From: Sedimentisphaerales bacterium | Lineage (GTDB): Bacteria > Planctomycetota > Phycisphaerae > Sedimentisphaerales > SM23-30 | DNA length: 64,000 nt | Strand: one strand, 5' to 3' | NCBI GenBank assembly: GCA_963666285.1 | Contig: OY762711.1 | Shown here: in pieces, positions 37,901 to 44,943 of the stretch | Layout: each line of letters opens with the position of its first letter | Numbering within the stretch: position 1 is the stretch's first letter | Program-made: the position numbers and the translations under genes | The notes under the pieces: generated by a model | Database searches by the model: none | What the model saw: only the letters and a program-made list of their open reading frames with translations | Told to the model about the DNA's origin: nothing

Positions 37901-40038
37901 TTTGCATTCATAAATGCCAAATCCATTGACGGATAATCATATGGAAGACCTGCAATGATAGAAGTGTTAGAATAAATATAAAAACAGTGCCCCATAAGTC
38001 CGTATCCATAATATCCAAGACGGTCGGTATAACTACCAGCAGGAAGAAGAGTTTCATCTCCCCTTAATAACTCTTCATTAGTAAACTGTTCATATAAGCC
38101 AAAATTATGAGCTTGATTGGGATATCCAGATAAAACGCTGGGATCATAAATACTAGTCAAAACGTCTTTCCAACTTTTAGGATCATTTGGATAAGGTGTA
38201 TTAAGATGCGTAGCCTTTGTAACACCATCAAAACCACTTGTACCGTAATAAGGGGTATTATAAGAAGGCATTGCTAAACCACAAACATACATACCCATTT
38301 GCCTTGCAGCTCCCCACATACCGCTTTTATTTCTAAGTTTTGAATAACCATAATAATCACCCAATTGCACTAAGTTCTCTAAGCAAAATGCCGCAATTGT
38401 ATCTCTAATCTTATACTCCTCGACGGGTGTTATTCCACCAGTAACTAAATCTGAACGATATTTTTTACACATAAGGTCATATGTAAAAGCCATTTGAAAT
38501 ATTACATCAACATCATAATAACCTCGGTAATTAATTTCTAAGCAAGGATTTGGGGCACCTATGTTGTCTCCAAAGCCTAATGGGTCAATTACCCTTATAT
38601 TATCCAAAAGCATTTCTTTTGCATATTCGGCATAAGGCTTAACCTCCCCCTGTTTAATATAATTATAACCTTCTATTTCTGCCACAAAAACATTAGATAA
38701 AGAGGAAATAGGCTTATTTCTTTCATTTGATTCATATTCATAAGCATATTCACCTCCATGTTTATTGCTGTAATCTGAATCTCGTAACAATTCATACATA
38801 TTTTTAGTTTCAGGGATTAAACCATTAACTCTTTCAACAATATCATTAAACTCATCTTCGTTTTTCCACAATAAATAACCATGGCCTATATAACTATTGT
38901 TTTGCTCATCAAATCTCTTTTCGTTAATTCCTGGATGTGAAGGATTCTTTATAATAGTTCTTGATTTGACATTATTTAAATTATAATAATAAAAAAAAGT
39001 ATGCTCTCCATCAGCCAAAACAGATAAATCTACTGGATCTTGATACAATTGATAATTCCCACTATCAAATTTATAATAACAAGGACGATCATCCATAATA
39101 TTATTCAATACCATATTAACACTACCAGAAATATATGTAGTTTGAGGATGTATAATAGGAGTAAAATATGTTTTTGCCGGAGTAGTGTAAAACTGTGCAT
39201 CTACGTTTTGTGAAAAAAAACTAACACATGGTGTTTTAGGGTTAACAACCAAAAGTATTTGCTTTCCATCACTAGCTGTTCTTTCAGTTGCAACAGTTCT
39301 GAAAGAATCATCATCCGCATATGCTAGAGTATGCCACTCATCCCCAAATGGTCCAATAACTCCCCTTGTATCTCTCGGGTCGTCACTAATTGTACCAACA
39401 ACAAAAGTTTGAGAGTCATCTGGCAAGTAACAATATGCCTTTAGCTGCAAAGGTTCAGTAAACGCTGGATAAAGAGATGCATCATTATGCTGAGCCCACC
39501 TTAAATATTCTCCAGATAAACTGTCAGAAAACTGTCTATCAAACCTATAGCGAATAATCCCTTCATCTCCAGATTCTGGTATTGCATCCTGGCCATTAGG
39601 ACCTACTATACCAACTTCTTGGATGCTATTAATTTCGTTGTGAAGAAGCATTAACTTTGTAGTATCTTTAATGTAAACGATCTTATGATCATCAACTTTT
39701 TTATTGTACCAGAGATATTCTTCGGCCCAATCTACTCCTCTTTGTCCTTCAAAAAGCACAGAAATGCCAGATTTATAGTTAGCTAGCTGATTATCCCACA
39801 CATAAGAAAATATAATATCTCCCATTTTAATAATTTTAACCGTATCTCCATTTGATGCGGTAGAATTTACGACATCAATTGTATTAAATGCCGTATCTGC
39901 CGATAGACCATCGCCGCCATCTTGTTTGCTCGGGTCGAGGTACCAGGTAGCAGACATGCAATTAGTTATCGAAACTAATAATATCAAAAAAAGTGAACGA
40001 AATAGACTGTTCTTATTGTATCTGTTAAAGGTTAGCAT
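28990..40038 (-). CDS. Giant secreted multidomain surface protein (lyase-like N-terminal region, PKD, LamG, FN3, tandem Ig/cadherin-like repeats, propeller-like region, ZU5-like C-terminus)
   Basis: 3682-aa ORF with signal peptide. PKD (FDASETSD..YNWNFGD..HAY..G...VTLTVTD), LamG, FN3, nine ND.P.A.ND...EDT..N.L.ND.D.D.D..TYTP.ANY.G.DSFTY..SDG.GG repeats, eleven N..P..V.E...F...ATD.DGD.L.YS..P.GA..FSW.P repeats, ending ETTHFSQYSV. Confidence 0.88.
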   Translation of the reverse strand: MLTFNRYNKNSLFRSLFLILLVSITNCMSATWYLDPSKQDGGDGLSADTAFNTIDVVNSTASNGDTVKIIKMGDIIFSYVWDNQLANYKSGISVLFEGQRGVDWAEEYLWYNKKVDDHKIVYIKDTTKLMLLHNEINSIQEVGIVGPNGQDAIPESGDEGIIRYRFDRQFSDSLSGEYLRWAQHNDASLYPAFTEPLQLKAYCYLPDDSQTFVVGTISDDPRDTRGVIGPFGDEWHTLAYADDDSFRTVATERTASDGKQILLVVNPKTPCVSFFSQNVDAQFYTTPAKTYFTPIIHPQTTYISGSVNMVLNNIMDDRPCYYKFDSGNYQLYQDPVDLSVLADGEHTFFYYYNLNNVKSRTIIKNPSHPGINEKRFDEQNNSYIGHGYLLWKNEDEFNDIVERVNGLIPETKNMYELLRDSDYSNKHGGEYAYEYESNERNKPISSLSNVFVAEIEGYNYIKQGEVKPYAEYAKEMLLDNIRVIDPLGFGDNIGAPNPCLEINYRGYYDVDVIFQMAFTYDLMCKKYRSDLVTGGITPVEEYKIRDTIAAFCLENLVQLGDYYGYSKLRNKSGMWGAARQMGMYVCGLAMPSYNTPYYGTSGFDGVTKATHLNTPYPNDPKSWKDVLTSIYDPSVLSGYPNQAHNFGLYEQFTNEELLRGDETLLPAGSYTDRLGYYGYGLMGHCFYIYSNTSIIAGLPYDYPSMDLAFMNANQGVLYGVKYSSEDDLLPRYFPQLCLVNHRFPNFYEAANSYMVSFSEDDNNSISKQLWQSGVFGICYYNPNWQGKPNAKFNISSDVTRANENIVFDASETSDSNGYITNYNWNFGDSNLATGKIVTHAYASDGLHEVTLTVTDDEGFESIEKKNVIIDNSILPGTLLNLNFNKNLLNYSSYYDTYSWFEEENYVDSIFQQSARFDGKNCIKSPECDYLNNISSCTVSVWLNPFYIDSTEDNYILNAGSLRIYFDNGKLSYYLMNENNEHFEKISIENLPLNEWSYVCFVYNGVEARLYVNGNIVPSSDFLFSGKIMTSKSIIIGAYTESRHFYNGDMDNLQIFNKVLTTDEIGIIYNSPPPQVVDLQVNAAGDTSQPIQWNTNEAASSVIDYWPKATSKSGGSLVTKTVTSDVNPSTSHSITLTDLTPGTEYSYSITCIDEFGNSETYEDVAYTFTTAAANNQNPVGVGDTLAVVEDTAAVSGVLTANDSDADGDGLVITGVSQGSKGSVVNNGNGTVTYTPTANVNGSDSFTYDISDGRGGTATATVAVTIAAVNDAPLAGAALSMTVSEDSAKVSGDLTANASDIEGDTLTVSGVSAASHGLVTNNGDGTATYAPSANYYGADSFSFIISDGNGGTTTSTMNVTVTNVNDLPAAANDTIIVTEDNAKVSGNLLSNDTDIDGDTLSISLVGQGSNGTVTNNGNGTVTYQPAANFTGSDSFTYLINDGNGGTATATVNVFVSAVNDVPIAVNDVLQANEDTAKTSGSLVANDTDADNDTLTVQSVTQGAHGTVTNNGNGTVTYTPAANYSGSDSFSYTVSDGNGGTDSAQVSVTIAAVNDGPSASNDTLVVDEDTAKTSGNLLSNDSDADNDSLSITAVTQGSHGTVTNNGNGTVTYTPSANYSGPDTFTYTVSDGNGSSDIGTVSVTVSSSNDVPVAVNDTVSTNEDSAVTSGNLLANDTDSDNDSLSISAVTQGSHGSVVNNGDGTVSYTPEADYYGLDSFTYTVSDGNGGTANGTVNVTIAAQPDAPVITAAANQALVATQRLTFSVSATDKDNDGVSFTFSTLPAGAKFADNGDGTATFDWTSGKGQAGDYTIQVTAKDDSAQALTATKSIKISVGQADNNLPVLAEIGTKTVTEMSQLIFTVSATDADGDTLTYSCDSKPAGASFNTSTKVFSWTPDYSAAGASPYTAVISVNDGFNGTDSIEVTINVNNLNRDPQFGTINVPGFKENALTSFTVSATDADGDTLTYSCSNLPDGASLNPVSGVFSWKPGYDDAGMIGLQLVVTDSNNGTDTITANVTVGNVNAFPTAVNDNVITNEDVVKVISNLLANDIDEDNDSLTITSVTQGTHGTVVNNGNGVVTYTPSANYSGSDTFTYVASDGNGGTSTATVNITISAVNDIPAAANDSLVANEDTVLISSNLLSNDSDLDGDTLSISSVSQGSKGSVVNNGDGTITYTPSANVIGTDSFTYTVNDGNGGSDTASVSVLILPINDIPTAVNDTLITSEDVAVTGSLTGNDTDVEGDSLSISSITQGTNGSVTNNGNGTVTYTPSSNYNGTDSFTYTVNDGHGGTAVGTVNVTVKAVADSPIISASSSKSVIAQETLSFSVTASDADNDNISFSFTGVPSGATFVDNGNGTASFSWTPNKDQANNYTVVVTATDDSTSVKTAEKTIVISVSEAGNNLPVFAGVTAKTVTEMSPLSFSISATDADGDALTYSCTSKPSGAVFNASTKTFSWTPDYDASGSSPYTAEFKVDDGFHGSDSLEVVIYVNNLNRNPVFGALSVPGFKENTENSFALAATDEDGDTLSYSSSNLPTGASLNSTSGLFSWKPGYSDSGSKTVLFTVTDSNGGSASKTVTLGVEDVNRNPEFTSSSAYSVTAANKLKFTVYTKDPDGDTVSVVCNSMPSGAAFDSSSNSFAWIPDAGTQGSYSAKFTATDSKGGSNNLTVSIAVGLGNQAPTFTPVSVSAVDETDTVTFTAKAIDPDGDIVTYSLKSSPLGATISSGGTVTWQTGYDDAGIQSFIVTASDGSLTADLTVSVTVNNLNRKPEINVSGDVSPVYTDGLSLTVKTSDQDGDGVTVSANNLPSGATYNSKTGKITWQPDRENIGNYQIILVASDGITEVSKTIDFSITDDPDYVVNHPPVFVEVPDKQVDEGGTIVFAIQVTDPDNDSLTIEAVGMPSGAVFVNNTFSWLTTSSDIGNHSVTFVASDGQESVSMPVNMEVTNVNVAPVVSVKGATKLTAGEPVSLTIDASDEDGDSLIYSLKNEPKGMNIEGNMVTWPTSESDGGSVYKITVVVSDGKLSTNVAVTISVAAAASDKEPPFIVSTYPENGGIQIPLNPLITFTLADYGEGVDYESVTISVDGVNVFTGGAMSSEADDSDQVMYSSQESSVVRTGTASRYTFQYQAVDMFDYDYTPDIVINAKDMQGNQMEPYSFSFTTEMFSMAKAVPVEQTKSSSTETSQSKPAVAVSSAGIVWSAWNEGTSGSRKIKFAPYYDNTGQFDTSRVIPGIGDMTEPDMAASDSGELYFVWQNNISGNWDIYIGCSSDGISMDMTTTVSTGEDEQTQPVIAVADSGDIYIAYVVKRKTGKDIYVAKVSSDLTSVIESPVCTNSGDQISPVIASGSDGDIHIAWEDYRDGSTSAVYGASLNNSWRNYKLASSGSEPDIAVDSSCDYLHTTWTSEGDIYYCKVSLPLDGKTYEAVNVIDDSSGSVQSGPSVYHFNNGSVNRTIIAWTDARNADSNNDYDIYFASVDRGSMTNILATVDSELNYQSAPVAAANISGAPYIVFQEQGGSGQTIQMACASVVERMLSKNKIDSVNGGYVGVRIEDIDSVDDVTVIVPAGALNSDVEMSIARVSNPPGGSTGIRSLFSYDFGPSSTREFRKAVNIVIPYPATLGDANVTVFWYNPQTGSYSQSGMSNIETLDINSELKAISFETTHFSQYSVSTEFVPWMVSGSEAIAGN

Positions 40039-40782
40039 AGTTCTCTAGAAGCTCTCCATATTGCCCATTGTTGCCTTTTTACCTATTTTAACACAACATG
40101 TACAATTCTAAAATATAAATCGGCTAAAAACAACCTATAATGAAACATATATTGAACCACAAACTGATACGGATTTACACAGTTTATTTAAATATCTATA
40201 AAATATAGCTTTAACGCAAACATGGAAAACACAAAAAATACAACGAACTGTAATCTGCTTTGAATGTCAGCAATCAGATGAAACACTAATATCCGTTTAT
40301 CTGTTAAATACTCACCCCACAAATACAATCCACAAGAGATACAAAGCATAATCTACACCAATAAGAAAGGTTCAATTGATAATTAATTTTGTTCATTAGT
40401 GTTTTGCGGACAATGTTTTATATTCACTTCAATATTTTTCTCGTATTCAGTGGTGTTTTAATTTTTGCATTATATAACCGTTCTTCGCCGTGCTTCTTTA
40501 AGTTCTATATTTCGTAAATAGCTTATATGCATAATCACAACTGCCAATGTTAAATTGTACCAATTATACCGTCTGTATTTCTATCGAATATTACCTGCTT
40601 TCAAGATGTTAAGGTGTTTTTGGCGAATTATTATTTATTAACGGTGTAATTCCGTATTGCCTCAGGCTACAAATAATATTCTTCATGTGTCATACAATAT
40701 TCCACACATCGCTGTTATATACTGTTTTTTTACTGATTACTGTTTTAATCAAACATTATTAAAGTTTGGATAATTAACTATC

Positions 40783-40811
40783 TTGACATTAACATCTTTT
40801 TCACTTAAATA
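40783..40811 (+). promoter_or_regulatory. Possible sigma-70 promoter of the EPS operon
   Basis: Perfect TTGACA; the -10 region (TAAATA/ATATAA) is AT-rich but imperfect. Confidence 0.35.
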
Positions 40812-40893
40812 TATAACTTTAAATTAAGTAGTTATGCCCTTTTACCGAAATTTACTTTGTAGCTTTACCAGGCTAGAATATTGAGAAGAAAAA

Positions 40894-40922
40894 TCTCAAA
40901 CTGACCAACGGTCAGTTTGAGA
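40894..40922. promoter_or_regulatory. Perfect 13-bp inverted repeat in the EPS leader (operator or RNA hairpin)
   Basis: TCTCAAACTGACC-AAC-GGTCAGTTTGAGA. Confidence 0.55.
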
Positions 40923-41140
40923 GGCCTTAGGTCTTTGGTATTAGTCCTTAGGAAAAGAAAGTCGCAAACTCGGCTGACTTATTTTCGGATTTATATATTG
41001 CTTTTTAATTGACTGAAATTATGATTATTTTTGAATATTTCAGTCGCTTTGAATAAATCACATAGCCCTGTAACGGTATCTGGAAACAATTTAAGTACAC
41101 CGACAGGGACAGAGTGTGCGCTAACCACATTTTTTTATTC

Positions 41141-42550
41141 ATGCATATTTTCTTTGAAAAATATCTATCAGGTACTTCTCTTAAAGCTCGCTTTATAAGA
41201 AGTTCTGCATGGCTTGCCATTGGTAATATCGCAGAAAAAATTATCGCTTTTATTAGCAAAGTCATGTTAGCACGTTTACTGATGCCTGAAGAGTTGGGAC
41301 TTATTGTACTAATCCTTAGCATAAACGGCCTGTTTGAATGTTTATCTGAAATAGGTATCAAACAATGTGTTATTCAAAACAAAATGGGAGAAAATGAAGA
41401 TTTTTTGAATATGGCTTGGTGGATTCAGGTTATAAGAGGAATTGTTATTTTTTCTACTGCCTGGGTGCTAACACCTTTAGTTTGCAAATACTATTTTCAC
41501 AACAGAGATAATATTCTCAGTATTTATCATTGGAATGAACTATACCTTATGGTCAGAATTACATTTATAAGTGTAATTCTAAAAAGCTTGACCAGCCCTA
41601 AAGCATATATTTTAGAAAAGAATTTCAATTTTAAAATTGTTGTTGCTTATATGCAGAGTTCTGCTCTTATAGGAGCTCTCGTAACAATTGTTTTGACATT
41701 ACTTCTGCGAAATACATGGGCATTGGTAATAGGATTTATATGTAAATTATTTTTGCAAATGACATTATCGTATGCTTTTTGTCCTTTCCTTCCTAGATTT
41801 ACTTATAATCATATTTGTTTTACAACTATTTTTAATTTTGCTAAGAGACTTTTGGGAGCTCCAATATTTTCATATATTGCATACACAAGTGATATTCTTA
41901 TTGGTGGTAAAATTGTCGGTCCTGAACAGATAGGTCTGTATGGATTCGCAATTAGCCTAGCATATCTCCCACGAGAATTATTCTCTCAAATAATATCACC
42001 TGTTCTTATGCCAGCGTTTTCTGAGCATCAAAATAATCCACATAAAATTAAAGTAATCATAACCAAGTTTACTAGCAATAGTTTGACTTTTGCTTCATTA
42101 TCAATACCGTGTTTGTTCATTTTTCATAAATATATTTTAACTACTGTATATGGTAAGAATTTTGAAAATACAAGTATTATATTACCTATAGGAAATATTA
42201 CTGTCTTATTTATTATTATTAATATAATACTAGGCAACTTATTTACAGCTTTCGGAAAGCCTGAAATCTTTAGAAACTCAACTTTCGCAAGAACATTTGT
42301 TCTTCTTATAATAATAATACCTGCTTCAAAAGAATTTGGAATAATTGGTATAGCTTTATCGCAATCCATTGCAAACGCAATAATGTGTTCTATGTTTTTC
42401 ATATATGCACATAAGTTAATTCAGATTAAGCTATCTGATTTATTTAACCCCAAATACAATATACTCATAATTACTATTTCAAAGTTAATTTCTCTAGGCA
42501 CAAAAAGGATAATCAGAAAAACACATTTTTCCAGCGAGAAGGATTTATAG
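41141..42550 (+). CDS. wzx: Polysaccharide flippase (Wzx, WzxC-like)
   Basis: SLKARFIRSSAW, LARLLMPEELGL, SEIGI...VIQ, D.LIGGKIVG...GLY.FA, V.MPAFS; multiple TM helices. ATG 41141 (track starts at GTG 41114). Confidence 0.88.
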   Translation: MHIFFEKYLSGTSLKARFIRSSAWLAIGNIAEKIIAFISKVMLARLLMPEELGLIVLILSINGLFECLSEIGIKQCVIQNKMGENEDFLNMAWWIQVIRGIVIFSTAWVLTPLVCKYYFHNRDNILSIYHWNELYLMVRITFISVILKSLTSPKAYILEKNFNFKIVVAYMQSSALIGALVTIVLTLLLRNTWALVIGFICKLFLQMTLSYAFCPFLPRFTYNHICFTTIFNFAKRLLGAPIFSYIAYTSDILIGGKIVGPEQIGLYGFAISLAYLPRELFSQIISPVLMPAFSEHQNNPHKIKVIITKFTSNSLTFASLSIPCLFIFHKYILTTVYGKNFENTSIILPIGNITVLFIIINIILGNLFTAFGKPEIFRNSTFARTFVLLIIIIPASKEFGIIGIALSQSIANAIMCSMFFIYAHKLIQIKLSDLFNPKYNILIITISKLISLGTKRIIRKTHFSSEKDL

Positions 42551-42551
42551 T

Positions 42552-43565
42552 ATGAAAATCGCATTTATATTGCCTGGTAATGGGAGAAGTGGCGGAGTAC
42601 GTTGTACAGTAACATCTGCAAATTTGCTTATTCAAAAAGGGCATAAAGTGAGAATATTTTACAAAAAACAAGGCCTTAGAAAAAGAATAAAAGAATATTT
42701 AACTATAGAAAATAGACAAAACTCCGATTGGCTTCCAGAATTCAATGGCCAAACAATACCTTTCTCTCACATCCATAATTGCTCATTTCAAAAAGGTGAA
42801 TTGATTGTTGGTGTCGGAATGTGGAGTTCTGCTCAAATATCAACACTATCAGATTCCAATCCAAAATTACAATATATTCATGGTCTTACCCCTTGGGCTC
42901 CAGACTTAATGAAAACAGTAATTGATACTCCAATAAGTAAAATATTTGTAAGTACAAACGATGCCAGATACTTTGAAGAAAATAACTCGCAATATTTATT
43001 AGGTGTAGTTCCAAATGGTATTGATCTTAATAATTACTTTACAGAAAAAAATGTTGAAAAAAATGGATGGGGCCTGATATACTATGACCATAACGAAGCA
43101 AAAGACCCAAAAACGATTGAAGCAGTAATTAAGCAATTAACAGTTAAATACAATTTACCTGTTAATTGCTTTGGCACATCCAAAAGGCCATCAATACTTA
43201 ATAGTAAACAATACACTAGATATCCGTCTATTGACACTTGCAGAAAGCTTTATTCTCAAAGTGAAATCTGGTTTCTACTTAGCAAGTCAGAGGGTTTTCC
43301 TGCCCCTCCATTAGAAGCAATGGCCTGTGGATGCTGTGTAATAAGCACAAAATGTGGAGGTATAAGAGATATTATTAATAATGGTAAAAACGGCTACCTT
43401 GTTGAAGTTGGAAATGTCAATCAAATAATTGAAAAGTTTGATTACTTATTAAGTAATAAAGATATCTGCACCCAAATTCAACGAAGAGCGTTAGAAACTG
43501 TTAAAGAATTTAGTTGGGAAAAACATATTATTAAACTAGAAGAATTATTATTGAAAGCTATATAA
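42552..43565 (+). CDS. Glycosyltransferase family 4
   Basis: SGGVR, VPNGID, S.SEGFPAPPLEAMACGC.VIST..GG..DII.NG.NG. Confidence 0.9.
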   Translation: MKIAFILPGNGRSGGVRCTVTSANLLIQKGHKVRIFYKKQGLRKRIKEYLTIENRQNSDWLPEFNGQTIPFSHIHNCSFQKGELIVGVGMWSSAQISTLSDSNPKLQYIHGLTPWAPDLMKTVIDTPISKIFVSTNDARYFEENNSQYLLGVVPNGIDLNNYFTEKNVEKNGWGLIYYDHNEAKDPKTIEAVIKQLTVKYNLPVNCFGTSKRPSILNSKQYTRYPSIDTCRKLYSQSEIWFLLSKSEGFPAPPLEAMACGCCVISTKCGGIRDIINNGKNGYLVEVGNVNQIIEKFDYLLSNKDICTQIQRRALETVKEFSWEKHIIKLEELLLKAI

Positions 43566-43578
43566 ACTGCATAATAAA

Positions 43579-44835
43579 ATGGAAATTATAATATCTGGAG
43601 CTTCATTTAATACTGGTAACCTGGGAGTATCAGCCCTGACAGTTTCCAGTATTAACTTATTAAAGCTACAATGGCCTGAGTGCAAAATTAGCATTATTGG
43701 TGGAAGAACATTTTCTTTACACAAAGAACAAATAGGTAACAAAGAAATCCTTATTGAATGCTATCCTGTAAGGTATTCTCTAAATATATTCAAGAAAAAT
43801 CATATAGTGTGGATATATGTCACAATACTGCTCAGCAAAATTTTACCTTTAATTATTTCAAAAGATAATAACAAAACAACTTGTGCAATCATGAATGCTG
43901 ATCTTACCTGTGATATAACCGGCGGTGACAGCTTTAGCGACATTTACGGGATGAAAAGGCTGGTTATGGGCTATTTGCTAAAAAGAATTTGTCAGATTAC
44001 GGGCAAACCATTTATTATGCTGCCGCAAACATATGGGCCATTTAACTCTGAAAGGTCCAAAACACTTGCTAAAAAGGTATTACAACAAGCAGATAATATA
44101 TATTCAAGAGATAAAGAAGGACTTGAAGTAATTGAAGAATTGATAGGAAAATCTGACAAGACTATACTTTGCCCGGATGTAGCATTTACGCTGGAGCTAA
44201 GAGAATGCGTACTACCAAAAGGTTTCCCTGCGGAAGCTAAGCATATAATCGGACTCAATATCAGTGGTTTGCTCTTTAACGGTGGTTATACCGGGAAAAA
44301 TGAATTTGGACTGGTCTGCAATTATAAGGAACTAATAAAGGAAATAATAGATTACTTTGCCGCCCTAAGTGAGGTACATGTTATGCTGGTGCCGCATGTG
44401 GTACCGAAAGCTTTTTCAGTAGAAAACGATCTGGATGCATGCCAAGAGCTTTACCAATCTCTATCAGAGCAACTCAAGTCAAAAGTTTTTATAGCTAAGC
44501 CAGAAACAGATAATTTTTACGATCAATGTGAAATTAAATACTTAATTGGAAAATGCAGCTTCTTTATGGGCAGCCGTATGCATGCAACCATTGCTGCAAT
44601 ATCACAGCATGTTCCTACTGTTGGGTTGGCATATAGTAAGAAATTTATTGGAGTATATGAGACTGTAGGAATTGAGGAATGTGTAGCTGACCTTAGAAAG
44701 CTAAATAATCAGAAAGTACTAGAGTCAGTTAAAGCAATTTATTCAAAACGTGAAAACATCAAACAAAAACTAGAACATGCAATCCCCCAGGTAAAACAGC
44801 AGGTATATTCTATCTTTGACAATATAAATCTGTGA
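43579..44835 (+). CDS. Polysaccharide pyruvyl transferase family protein (WcaK-like)
   Basis: GNLGVSAL, GGDSFSDIYG, LPQTYGPF, YSRD, PDVAF, GSRMHATIAA, AYSKKF. Confidence 0.88.
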   Translation: MEIIISGASFNTGNLGVSALTVSSINLLKLQWPECKISIIGGRTFSLHKEQIGNKEILIECYPVRYSLNIFKKNHIVWIYVTILLSKILPLIISKDNNKTTCAIMNADLTCDITGGDSFSDIYGMKRLVMGYLLKRICQITGKPFIMLPQTYGPFNSERSKTLAKKVLQQADNIYSRDKEGLEVIEELIGKSDKTILCPDVAFTLELRECVLPKGFPAEAKHIIGLNISGLLFNGGYTGKNEFGLVCNYKELIKEIIDYFAALSEVHVMLVPHVVPKAFSVENDLDACQELYQSLSEQLKSKVFIAKPETDNFYDQCEIKYLIGKCSFFMGSRMHATIAAISQHVPTVGLAYSKKFIGVYETVGIEECVADLRKLNNQKVLESVKAIYSKRENIKQKLEHAIPQVKQQVYSIFDNINL

Positions 44836-44943
44836 TTAATGAGAATTCGTATTTTTCATATCAATCGTAAAACTAAATTTAGTTCTCCGTAAACAGCGTA
44901 TTCAGTAGTTGAATATTGTTTTTTCGTAAAGTTAGAGAATTTC

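Noticed and set aside
40950..40986. c-di-GMP-I riboswitch resemblance (GTCGCAAA.., GTCAGCCGAG..)
   Set aside because: The required P1/P2 order and GAAA tetraloop-receptor arrangement are absent on both strands.
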